From positions 40,858,001 through 40,922,000 of the forward strand of contig OZ260664.1 of the NCBI GenBank assembly GCA_965285935.1: a stretch of DNA of 64,000 nt. Direction: 5' to 3'. This DNA comes from Ophelia neglecta. Lineage: Eukaryota. Every line of letters starts with the position of its first letter. Position 1 is the stretch's first letter. Under the pieces are notes generated by a model, which searched no databases, was not told where the DNA came from, and saw nothing but the letters and a program-made list of their open reading frames with translations. Shown one piece after another: positions 1 to 13,500 of this stretch. A program made the position numbers and the translations under genes.

Positions 1-1520
1 GGCTGCATATTGCTAAGTTGGTTCTTTAGCATTTGCAGAACAGTTGGTACTGGTGAAGGGATAGTTGGTCTACAAGTAGGCTAGGTCAAAAATCTTTCCC
101 CGTATTTTCTCTCAGTGTACAAATGTTAAGCTGCATGGTGCTGTAGGAAGAATGAGTTTTGGAGAAATTAAACATATTTCAACATAATTATGGCCAAAGA
201 GATGAAAGATTATATGACATTTAAAGAGACTGGTCATTTTGTGTCAATATTTTCTGCAAAGAATGAGAAATGTGCAAAGTGAACTGAAACAGTCACTCAG
301 TATGACGATCGAGGCAGAAACTTTAAAAATAGCTGACAAGCATGAACGAGTAGTAGTTTTCTTTTGTATTTGAGATAAATAATGATAGAAGCCCCTGCTT
401 TCCAGCAGTAAATTGGGAAAATGGCGTTTGTTCTTTTATATTTCATTGGAAACAAAATCTCAGTCTTATATAATTGCGCCTTTGACATAAACTTACTTTC
501 CTATATATATACCAGTCTAAAATAGTTTCTTCTCAGCTCGACTGACTGACTCGTGCATTCAAGTAAGTCCATGGGTGGGTCATTCTACCAGAATATGTGC
601 TAATTATATAATATCTGTTACAAGGTCTGCCATTACAAGTTGGCATCCATAATTTTTTGTGGAAAGGGAATATAAAGTGCCGTAATTTGCTGGCTCCTTT
701 TATAGCACATGCAGGTTTCTTCTTCTTCAGACATCCCATTATCTTTAAAAGATATAAAGATTGATTACTTAAGAATTTTGGGTCTCCGAAATTAAAGAAA
801 TATCATGGCTTATATTTATATGGTTTCAAGAAAGAAATGATCACAGGGAAGGATGTGTATGGAGGAATGTGCTCTCTTAGCCAATCACACATAGTGGACG
901 CTGTGCATCACTGATTCAGTCTAGTTCTGGGCAAGGACAAGCTGAACATGCCAACATGGCTGCGACCTGATGTCTCTCCCCCGCCATCTATTGCTTAAAA
1001 ATGCGCAATTGACGTAAAAATTCCAACATAATATGTTTGGAAACCACTTTTTAACAACCTATATCTTAAGCAAGTAGCTCGCTGTGGTTTGACTTTTTTT
1101 TTATTAGCCTAGCCTATTTATTTACATGTCTCAAAAGCAGCTCTTTGCTTTATAATTGTTTACTTCCTGAGGCCCACATCAACCATGCTAAGAACAAAAT
1201 ATTGGTTGTCGGTAAAATAACTTGACTTGTTAATATTTTCCCCAGTCTCTTTCTCAATACTTAATTGGTATGGTATTGTCTGAGTGCAGTACAGTTTGCA
1301 TGAGAAATAGGATGGGGATGTTTATATAATGTGAATGATTTAAAAAACTACCAACAAAAGCATAAAAATAACTACCATTTTATGGTAAAACCCTAAATGA
1401 AAATTTAATTAATTGTTATTCACACTTCCACTCAAAAATTGTACCTCATAATGTTGCCTGTTGGGTCAAACTCACCAAATTTTCTATATTAAACTTCTAT
1501 TCTATCTTGTTTTTTTACAG

Positions 1521-4500
1521 AGTATGTGACAGACTTTTGTTTCAGCCCATTTGATGATTATCTCCTGTCAACTTGCTCTCAAGATTGTGAGGTAATCAAG
1601 CTAATTTATTGAAAATTCTGGTTGTTATCAACAAATTACACTCAGTTTACAATTTAATCGTGTATACGCCTTGTAGAAAGATACCTCTGAATGTTGTCTG
1701 TGTCAGGTTACTTTAATGTTTGAATCTTTCACTGTCTTTGTTATAAACCTAGGCAAAACTCTGGAAACTTCCGGATGAAATCACCGATAATGTGTGCAAT
1801 CCACTGGTCACATTTGCCAAGGAAGAAAAGAAAATAGAAAATGTCTCTTGGCATCCAGCTAGTGACAATATCCTAACTCTGTCTACAGGCAACGCTATAA
1901 AGATATATGATGTGGAGTCACAAACAGCATGTTATGGTAATTATGAACTCAGTGAGATAGAGTAGGGTTGAGGTTGCATATCACTCTATTACGCTTATAG
2001 CTGCAGTATAGATAATATTTGGCCACAATGGCAACTAGAAGGCCTCTTGGGCTACAGGGGAATCCCTCATGAGACACCACCAAATATTTGTTCATAACTT
2101 TCTTGACTTGAAAAGTGACAAAAGCAAGTCTTCTAATAGATCAAAACTGTGTAATTTTCTATCAGTTTTTCTGAGTCTGTATGCTGTGACATATATAGTG
2201 TGCAGATACTTTATACATCAGATATGGCAGTTCATGGGGATATTGTACAGAGTTTCACCTGGAGTCCAGATGGAAAGTTGCTGGTAACATCATGTAAAGA
2301 CAAGAAACTTCGTATCCTTGATCCAAGGGCTAACAGTGTAGTACAGGTAAATTGAGATGTCTTGAAACAGCTGTTCCAAATGTGTTACCCCAAAGCAGAC
2401 GCCTGTGTGAGAGTTTGTGTTTATATTCCCCCTACTTAATTTTTGTGGTTCATCTTTTGTAGAATTTGCAGTTTGCTGCTTTCCTTCATTGATTAATTAA
2501 TGTTTTTTATTGTTGGCAAATTTTTATGGCAGTGGCACATTATGACTGATGTAGATTGGTTCAAGATATGTCAAAATGCAATAAAAAAAAAAATAGAAGG
2601 GCAAAAGTATGTAGCGGGTATATAATAATACACTAAAATAAAGCCTAGACATAGTAGTGACCCTTATAGTCACAGTTTGGTGCTTTTTATAAAGAAATGT
2701 GTTTAACTTAATGAAATCAATTTCTAGGAAGCAAGTGGACACAGTAATCAGAGAGATTCAAGAGCTCTCTGGGTCAGTGAAACAACTACTCTGTCTTCTG
2801 GGTTTGATATGGTAAGTATCAATTCAATAAACATAGGGGCCAACCCCGCTTCTTGTAAGTAGAGAAGATTAAATCATTACTATTAAAAGGGTAAACAAGA
2901 AAGTCTGTTCACCTGCAAGGCTCTGTGGGAACTGCTGAAAGTCTGAAGAATAAGTGACTTTAAAATTCTACCTTTCATGTCTCATTTGCTGTTAATAAAT
3001 TATTGGTAAAAATCCTCTCTGTGGGGTAAGAATGGTTTCAACACAGCTATCATGAAATATTGCTAGTATATATAAAAATAAATAAATTATCAACACAATC
3101 TCAACTTTCATTTGTGCTACATTGCAGACAAGACAAAGGGAAGTGATAATAAAAGATGTGCGTAACTTCAGTAGTTCCTTGAGAACAATGGCGTTAGACA
3201 CATCAACTGGGTAGGTGTTCTTCATAAATAAATATACTTTTCGCAAATTAAGTGTCTAAAAAAGGTAACTTTAAAATAATTATATAATTTCTGAAGGAGA
3301 AAAAAGCATATGACACTCGGTAGTTTTCATTTCTGTCCTAGAGTACTAATATAAAGTTCATGTACATACCCGATTTACAGATGAAATGTGTGCCAACATC
3401 TAACCAATGCTATATTTATTCAATTTATAATTGATTTTTTTTCTTTCTTTTGTGGTGATATATTGTCATTTTTTACCACTAAAAAGTCCTTATGGGCAAC
3501 ATAAAAATTGGTGAAGAGAATTAGTTAGATGTGTGATATCGTTTTCATCAAAAGTTTTCTTCCTTCCAGCAATTGCCATTATTTGCCAAGCTTGCCACAA
3601 TAACTGAGGTCCCCATTTACTTTTCATAGATGGGTTGTAGAGTCTGGTTTTATCACTGATAATAATGAAATCATGTGTATAATCTTCAAAAATAAAAAAA
3701 TAAACTGTGGCCTAATGTACATGTACATGTTTTCGCCTCCTTTTGAACACCAGCCATGGTGTTATGAAGGCAGCGGCTTTGAAATCTTTGAGCTGTTAAT
3801 GGTGGCATTGGTGTCTATTTATGCCTGCTGATGGAACAAATATTCACTATTTCTAAATAAAATTTTATTTATTTTTGCACTTACCATTATCGATGATGTT
3901 CTTTAAAAAATGGTGTCACACTATTTCCTAAACATGTGATTTTTATGCAGATAACCAATTTGTTAAGGAGCATTTTCAATATTAATATGTACCTGGTAAT
4001 ACCTGTTACTTAAATTATAAATGAAAGTACTGCCATATCTTGATTGAATTGTAAAGTGTTTAATTTGTATTCTTTTAGCATATTGATACCACTTTATGAT
4101 CCTGACACTAATATGCTGTTTCTAGCAGGCAAGGTAATTGAAACGCTTTCCTTACAAATGAGTGCTGTCAAAATTTACAGAAATTGGTATATTTAATTTT
4201 CTGTTTAAACAGAATTATTTGATAAAGCCTACAATATTGGTTGAAGAAATTCTGCCTAGTTGACTAGATACGATGCGCTCCCTATAACCTGGAATAAGCA
4301 AATCACTATCAAGAAGAGTTCTTAGCATAAATTTTAATTGGTTTAAAGTATTGATTGATTGAATTTTTGATTATACTGTAGGGTGATACAAGTGTACACT
4401 TCAAGGAAATAACCGAGAAGAGTCCATACATAAATGACGGTAAGCTATATTTGATATCTTGATTGTCAGAAACATTTTTCTTTACATTGTAAAGCCTTTT

Positions 4501-7500
4501 TTCCTTACACTGAGACCATCTGATCAGAATACATGTGTTATTTGTCACATTTCAGGTTCAGTGGATACAGTAGAGCAGATAAAAGGGGCTGCATTAGTCC
4601 CTAAAAGGGCTCTAGATGTGATGGAATGTGAAGTAAACAGAGTACTTCTTCTCTCCAAGAACACTGTGATACCACTTCCTTACCATGTCCCAAGGAAGGT
4701 GAGTTGTATCAAAGTGCTGTGATTCAAGAGCTTACAATATCACACAGGTGGTAACTGGTAAGTTGTTAGTGAATACTCTAATAGTAATGCCTTAACATGT
4801 TTCTCAGAAGGTAAGTTATCATATTGATGTACATGTATTGTCTGTGATGTCACTGAATAAGCATCTTTCATGACACACCCATTCACGTTAACACTTTCAC
4901 CACCTAATTATTTCTCATAACATTGACACACCCCAGATTGTTTAGAAAAAATATGTAAAAATAGTTTTGAGGTGTATGCCATTTTATAACTAAATTTATT
5001 ATGGACTACATTGTTATTAAATTTCACTTGATGATAATCAACAACCATTTCCATCCAGTTTTGGGTGAAAAATGATAAGCGATTGGACAATTCGAATGCA
5101 CCATGGCAGCAAGCATCAAAATTCACTGAAAATTGGCATATTTTGCATGTTTTCAGTTTTTTACCTCATAACTTTGATTTTATTATGTACATATTTTAAA
5201 TGTATCATATTTGGTGGATTCCTGACATAGTAATTAGTGCTTTAAATATAATAATGGAAATCAATCGAATTAAATGCATTAATTTTTACATTACATAAGA
5301 AATATGTACAATTATGAGTCCAATAAACCTTAAAGCAGAGTCACCCCTTTTATCTTCTTTTACTGTAAACTAATAAATTGTGGTGTTCTGGCAATTTTGG
5401 CAAGATTGGTGAATACACATTGGCTGCAAAAACTTCCTTCACCAAAATTTAAATCCATCACCAAATTAGTTGGTCAAGTTCAGCCTCGCCTGAATGCCAA
5501 AAGTACCTAGCGCAAAAACATTGTGTGACAATTTTCCCCAAAATTTCAAGGCACCATATTATTCTGGTAGACAGTACTCTTTCTGGCTGAATGACTTTCA
5601 GGCTGTAGACATTTATATATACATTTTTGTTAAATGTTCTCTGTTATATTATGCCAGTCTTATCGGGACTTCCACGAAGACCTTTTCCCGGACACTCTGT
5701 CTGGTGTTCCATCGATGACAGCCTCTGAATGGCTCAGTGGAGAAAACAAAGTGGTAAATATGTTAAACTGTACAGCTATAAGTTGTAAAAGTGGATACCA
5801 AAATCCTTAACTGTTGAATAAGTTGGTATATCCCTTGTTCAAGGCGGATATTCATATTGTGAATTAGACTGCATACTTGCCCTCCACCTATTTCGAGGAA
5901 AAAATGGGGGGATATATATTGGGCCTTGGGGTTGGCCACTGCAGCTGCACCACCGCAGCTGGTGCTGCCGCTGCTGGATGATTTTACCTTGGCTATCAAT
6001 AAGCATTGCCTTGATGCACAGATACCATTTGGCTGTTATTGGTATGCTTCTGGTGGGGATTTTTTTGGGAATACTTTTCATGAACTTACAACTAGTACTA
6101 TTACTACTCCAGTAACAACAAGTTTTTCACTGCCCCCTGTAAAACGTTGTAGCATGAAGTGTTACAGATACAGTGCTGAAAGAGACAGGGTGAGGTGCCT
6201 ATGCCTGGTCATTTACTGATTAACTTTTGGTGAAATCTGAAAATGGACAACACTTTCTTCTTCATGTAGCAGTAGCAGATGGTGTGTGTGTGTGTGGGGG
6301 GGGGGAGTAGGGATGCTTTTTTTTTGGGGGGGGGGGGGCAGGTTTGGCAGTGTGTAAAAAAGCTTGCCTTCATTTGTAAACATTTCATGTGGTTGGAGGT
6401 TAGGCGATTTGGGGCGGGGGGGGGGGGGGGGGGGCTGTGGTAGAATATGGGTAGAATAAAGTGAAGAATGAAGGGGGGAGGGGGGCTGAAAACAAGTTTT
6501 CCTTTTTTTTTGCATTTCCAGACACTTCACAAATAATTTTCTCCTTGATATGTTTGGACTGTTTTCTGGTAGATCTTGTTGGGAGTGGACTGTCCAATCA
6601 AAATGTTTACTGTCCCTTGCAATAAGTGGGTTTCATGCATTGCAAAACGCCTTGTTTGAATAGTTTGCTGGTGTAGGTTCACTTAGAGGTGTTACTTGTG
6701 CAAATTTAATGTGTGGAAGTCAATCACCTCAAGCTCACCCTTTTAGTACTAACAAGCAAAACTACTGGGTTCACCATTTGTTTGCATTGTAAATCATTCA
6801 CCCTGAAGTGGTCCTAGTTTTTAACAATGTTCAATCTTTATCCACATCAATTAAACTTGTCCTCCACATGGGAAAAATTTTGATCCTTGAAAACCTAAAA
6901 CTCAGGACACAAATCCCAGATCATTTTCAAGCCATTTCTACATTCCACAATCTCAAATTGTCCCTTTTTTCCAGACATGTTTGTAAATTCTGGCATAATT
7001 TCGTACAATCTTCCTTATATATGGGTTGTCAGTTTAAAGCTGTTTTTTTTTTGCTGGTGCTCAGCTGGATAGTAAATTTCAGGCAGCCAATAGCATAGCT
7101 CTTCTTATCAGGCTTGTTTCTCAAAAGTGGACCTCTTTTTTTGGTGGAGGACAATTTTTTATAGCATATATTGGTGCCCACTATTAAACTTAGATATGAT
7201 GTAAATCGGCCTTCTAGGGTGACTTTTTGGGGGAAATATAGTTAAAACTGAAACATGCTTTCATACAAAGCCCTGGTTGAGATAAAAATGTGCATGATAA
7301 ATTAAACAAAACATAGAACACCCTAAGAAGAAGAATTATGTGCTGTACAATTAAAAATTTGACATTTCAGTGCACAAAAATTACATTGAATCCTTCGCAA
7401 GGAGCCACAAAAATAATCCGGAGGGATCCTTCTGGAAAAACTGCTGAAGCAAATACCACTACTCCAACATTGTGGACTCTTCCAAAAGCTCCAGAAGTGA

Positions 7501-10500
7501 ATTCCCCTGAATTGAACCAAGATAAGGTTGCTATTTTATCAGCAGATGGATGTTATAGTCATATAGAGTAAACTTAGAAGTGTTATTTTTGTTCTTCTTC
7601 TACTTCACAGTATATGTGGTTTTGTGTGTTATTTACCAGACTGAGTGTGAATTTCTTTCCAGCCAGCTCAACTTCGTCTCAAGCCTGTGGTCGCCTCTAA
7701 GCCCACTGCTAGCTCATCCCCTGCAGCCAGTGGTGACTCTGCTCTATTAGAACCAGTAGAAAAGAGAAAAGTCAAGAAATTTACAGGTGAACCAAGTTAT
7801 AAGAGAGATATTTCTTATCAGGGATCATTACTAGTGTAATACACTCATTCATAGTCCACAGTTCCGTCAGGCCCCGCCAAAAAACAGGGTAGAATTTTAC
7901 ATGGTAAAGACTGTTTCGTGGATGCAAATTTATGTACAAAGGCTTGGGAATTTCTGTTGACGACTGGAAGAAGGCAGATTTGGCGCAATTAGTGTCAACA
8001 GCTTCTGAAAAGGCCTTGAATCAGAGGATAAGTCAGACAACTCTGCTACGGACGATGGAAAAGTTTTTTGATCTTCTCATTAACATACTATCCAAGGAGT
8101 GGACACAGTACTTAAAATTATTACCTTTTAATGGTTTGCATGATATTTTTCATACTTAGCTTTGTGAGTGGCCTAAGGGCCAGATAAATGCGACAAACCT
8201 GCTGCTAAGCTGGGTGCCAAGTACATAGGCCTACACACTGTTGTGCATAACAGTGAGCAAGACAGCTTGTAAACAAAGGCAACTGTGTCACAGTGGAAAC
8301 AAAGTTCACTAACATTAAACAGTCATTTATATAAACAGTCAAACATATTGCCTCACTGACAAGTATTTGCTAGATAATATAGGCCTATACAGACGACATT
8401 TATTGGGACCTGATCACATTGCCATTTCTTGCTTCAGTGTATTCAGATCAGGATACAGTTTAAGTGTGTGAGCCATAAGTCATGAGTACATTTAGCCCCG
8501 TGTACAGCACGTGTGCCTGTGACTGCTGCTTTCCTTGTTTCGTAGTCCTGTGAAAAGGACTTACTTGTCAATCAAAATTTGACGGCTCTTTGATCCCCTG
8601 AGCTATGATCTGAGCTGTTGTATTAGAGAAACAGCACAGTTAATTTGTTGGAGAACAAACTTTCCATGCAAATGATCTTGTTTGCATCAATCTAGCATCG
8701 TTGCACGTGACCGTTCGCATGGTACCTTTACAAACCTAGGTTTTACATTTGTTGTCCAATAGCTCAGACATGATAGACATGCATAGATACACACACTAGC
8801 TTTTAAATCGACATGATACTTAGTAATGGATCTTTACTTGACATGTTTTGATCCCTGACAGCTGTAATGTTACTTACATGTTTTAACCGTAACTCGCACA
8901 CACACATTTAGGCAGGGTTTCAATGATATGATTCTGCAGTGAATCAGCATACCAAAAAGGTGCCCGCATAGACGGACTGCGGTCCTGCGAAATCGTATTT
9001 CGCCCTCTCACATGAAGTGGCGCCAGTTATTTTAGTAAACCACCATATAAGACTGTTATACATGTCTAATACTAGCTTGTTAATGTGTGAAGTTCAATTT
9101 TATAATGTGTAAATATGTTAATAACTTTTCTTTACTATCATCACTCTGATTAGTTGCATATCCTTATTTGATTAACACCTTTCCAGGAGTCAGACAATCT
9201 AAATTTCGACATCTGGAAGGTGTACCAATGCAAAAGGACCTTCACTTTACTAATCTTAGGAATATAAGTCAGAACATTCCAGGAGAGAGCAATATGTTTG
9301 ATGCCAACACCAAATTCTGTGCTGTTCCTCTAGGTGGCCCGGGTGGACTTTTGGCTATCATCAGGGTAATTAATGCATGGCAAGTGTGTTGCAGTAACTG
9401 CCATTGCACTAGTTATTTTGTAAAGTGCAAACAAACTAAAATATGAGAAGTAATAAAGATTACTGTCAGATATTGCTAGCACTATTTGAAAACCTAAACT
9501 GCTTTGCTCTTGGTTTTAACCACTGTAATTGATCTGACCAACATTTGATATCACATGTAAGATGGACCAACCTGGAAAGCTTCCTAGCACTGCCCTCCCT
9601 GCTCTGCAAAACAGAAGTATGCTGATGGATTTTAAATTTGATCCCTTTGATGACCATCGAATAGTTACAGGTGAAAAACACTTTAATTTTACTAAGATAT
9701 TTTAATTTTGATCCCTTTTATGACCACTGAATAGTTACAGGTGAAAAGCAGTTTATTTATATTATTAAAGATACTCATAATTATTATTTTTGAGATAAAA
9801 ACTTTTTTAGGAGACTGATAATGTCCAATTAGGAGGATTAAAATATGACAATTTAAATACTATAAATAACCTGTCTTGGGTATTAGTATAATATGAAATG
9901 ATTTAGCTTCAAATGACACTTGGATTCTTTTACACATTCATAATTAAACAATTTCAGCTTGTGATGATGCGAAATTACGCATATGGACCATACCTGAAAA
10001 TGGCCTTGAAGAGACTATACCAGATCCTGATGTCTACCTACACGGTACTACAGTAATCAATGATACCCGTTATCAATAGGGAAATATATTTTGAGAAGTA
10101 ATCAATATCTGGGCTGGACATCAATTCAAAGTTAGGCCATATACCTCTGAAAGTATATCCCAATATCTTTACAAGAAATCAAGGACCTTGTTATAGTTAT
10201 TAATATTTTATGTTAAGTTTGTTGTTTATAATATTTGATAACTCTAAGCTCATCTGTTTCTACATATCAGGACATACAGAGAAGATATATTTTGTGGCCT
10301 TTAACCCTGTAGCCAGAGACCTCTTGGCATCAGGGTCATATGATATGACAGTGAGCCTCTGGGATCTATCCACACAAGATCAAATCCTTCAACTTGAAGG
10401 CCATACTGATACGGTAAATGTAACAGGGATATGCATGCCTGGTCATGGCCACTGGACCATGATCACAACACTCCTACTAGCTTGGCTAGGTGGGTTACCC

Positions 10501-13500
10501 CTTTGGCAAACCTGGTAGAGCAGTTGACTTTAGAGTGAGAGGTTGCCATTTCAAACAACACTGAGACCTTCAGTTGTTATATTTACATGCAGAATAAGTA
10601 AGGATCATATTTATGCTAAAAAGACAAGGATAATATTCAATGCCGTGTCTAATTCATATCAAATGCTAATCTCACACAATCAATTCCATGACACAGATAT
10701 TCAGCTTTGCTTGGAGTGCTGATGGCAGTTATTGTGCAAGTGTATGTAAGGATGGGAAATTGAGAGTGTATGATCCCCGCCAGGGAAGCTTACCAAGTCA
10801 AGAAGGCCCAGGTCCGGAGGGAACACGTGGGGCAAGGGTCGTCTGGGTCCTTGGAGGAAAATACATCATTGTGTCTGGATTTGATAAGTAAAGATAAGAT
10901 ATCTTCATCATAAAAACCATCTCTGGACTATTTTTTATTTGATAGAAATACCAAATGAAATGAAACATATTTTTACTTTCAGGACAAGTGTAAGAGTTGT
11001 GTCCATCTATGACAGCAGCAATATTAGTAAAGGACCCTTGCATCGGGAAGATTTGGATACATCCCCAGCAATATTGATACCCTACTATGACGAGGATAGT
11101 TCCACTTTACTGTTAACTGGCAGGGTAAATAAGCAAGCTTAATAGTATATTAACTTATTCATCTGAAATGGATCCTCTTGCATAAATCACATCAAAATTT
11201 GATAATGAATGTAATGAATGATTAAGGCAGCAATCAAATAAATAAATGACATTCAGGGAGACAGCCTTGTGAAGTCCTTTGAGGTGGCAGAGGACTATCC
11301 TCATTTGTTTGCGATGGCAGATTACAAGGCGGAGAATGCCCTCCAAGGGTTAGCAGTCCTTCCCAAACATGTGTGTAATGTCAAACAAGTGGAATTCATC
11401 AGAAGTTACCAACTTACCACCAACAGCATTGAACCAGTCTCTTTTACTGTACCTAGAGTCAAGGTTTGTATCAGGCTCCTCTGTGGGTCATTTGAGGCAG
11501 AATGGTAAATCTGTTTCCTTTTTACCCATCTGAACATATTATTTTGTTAATAAGATTTTAATAACAAAAGAATGGAATTAAGTCATAGTAGTATCTTTAT
11601 TGAACAGAAATGTACCAATTAATATGCCAGTTCGTGCACAATTTATATACATGTACTGATATATGGCAAGGTCTTATGGTAGGGGGGAAAAATTGGAAAG
11701 TTTGACCCTTTGTAAGTTGAACTAAAAGGATTGTTTCTTTAAAAACAAGTGAACTTTCCATTGAAAAGGAATGAAGGGAAAGAACACAGACATTTCAACC
11801 AACTTAGATAAGATAAAAGTGCTATAATACACAATTGTAGTTATACATTGTCAATAAAGAACAACTCAAAGGATGATGTATCAACTTTATTCTGGTTCCG
11901 CCAGATCAGTTGGCTCCATGTTTTTTTCCCTCGCTGTGATAAAATGTTTGAAATTTGCCTTTAAAGGGAACAGATAAAAGTCCATGAATTATTCTGACTG
12001 TGCTAATACACAATCATTTTGGTGGTCAATTGTCATATTGCCAGGTCAAATTTATCTAATGGCCTCATAAACCACTGTTTTTTAATTTACATAATGGTCA
12101 TCATGTTGGGCATTTTCTTTGCATGCCCGGCTTTGATGACCGTCATATATTTAAGACTTATTTATAATTTTCTTATCAAACCTTATGCCTATTTTATATG
12201 GATTAATATTATTAACCATCTAGTTTTCTTTTTTCCATCATCAAATTGTTTGATACAAATTAATAATACACAATTAAATCATTTGGCAAATATGAAGACT
12301 ACGCTAATGATCCTTATGTCCAACATGATGACCATCATGTACACAACTGTACTTTTCTTAATTATTCTCACAAGAATCTATTTTTTGAATTTGGTGATAA
12401 CAAAGCAAATTTAGTCAGCTTCACTTGTACAAAAAATCGTTTGCCTGTGAAGATTTAGTTTTTTCACTTTTTTTTTGCTCCTAAATGAGACCTAGACATA
12501 TATTTTTATTTACCATTGTACAGAAAAATGTCACTAATGTTTGTGAGTAACCCAGTGATGTCTGTTTTATAATATCAGATGGAGTTTTTCCAAGATGACT
12601 TGTTCCCCGACACCCGGGTTAAATGGGAGCCACTGCTGACTTGTTCTGAGTGGCTATCAGGGGTGAAAACACAAGCCAAGTATGAATCCCTAAAACCTGC
12701 GGATATGATCTCCTGTAAGTGTGTTGGGGCCTCACCCAGTCACTATGATCTAAAATTATATTACAGTAGTGCAACATGGATTTCCCGGTTCCTCAACGAA
12801 CGGATGTGCCTGAAATCTTCACCTATTGTTGCTGAAACTTCTGTGGTTGTGCTAATGTATGTGAGTTTGCTGTGAGCTGTTTTCGTTTTGCAGACAAAAA
12901 GCTTTTGCATTTTGGGAAAATCTGTCGTCTGTATCATTTGCAGCCATACTTGATGCCATATTTGATGTTGCCAAGCAACAGCAGTGCATTATGGGAAATA
13001 CTGTATCCATTCAACATGCCAGGCTGATTACTGATAAGATTCAGAGTGAGCCTGTTTTGTTGACACAATAGATTAACATCTAAATGGCAGGAGACAGAGG
13101 CTATGGTGGTGGTGTTGGCAGCCAAGGGGAGAAGGCTTATCTAATGGGGGAAGGAGGGGGGGGGGGGGGGGTTACATAGCACTCTCACGCAATGCTGATT
13201 TACTGATAAAATGCAGAGAAACCTGTTTTGTTATCACAAGCCATTAACATGTAAATGACAGTATAAGACTTGACTGAGGCTACAGAGGGGGGAGGGGGGA
13301 GGGGGCCAGCCATGGGGAGTTGTAGGCATACAGCACAAAAAGGGGCAGCCAAGGGGAGGAGGGTTATCTAAGGGGGAAGGAGGGGGGGGGGTAACATAGC
13401 ACTCTCATGCAATGCTGACGTACTAATGGAATTCAGTGAACCTGTTTTGTTTATTTATTTTATTTAGGTTTATTTTTTCTCTTTCAATTCTTTATTTGTG

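Noticed and set aside
621-714. Possible upstream CORO7 exon ending ...PFIAHA/G
   Set aside because: Weak donor (GTTTCT), no clear acceptor and poor resemblance to the coronin-7 N-terminus.
10495-10570. tRNA-like sequence in a CORO7 intron
   Set aside because: Only degenerate A/B-box similarity and no cloverleaf; at best an old SINE fragment.
12019-12414. 131-aa hydrophobic ORF in a CORO7 intron
   Set aside because: T-rich intronic sequence with no splice or homology support.
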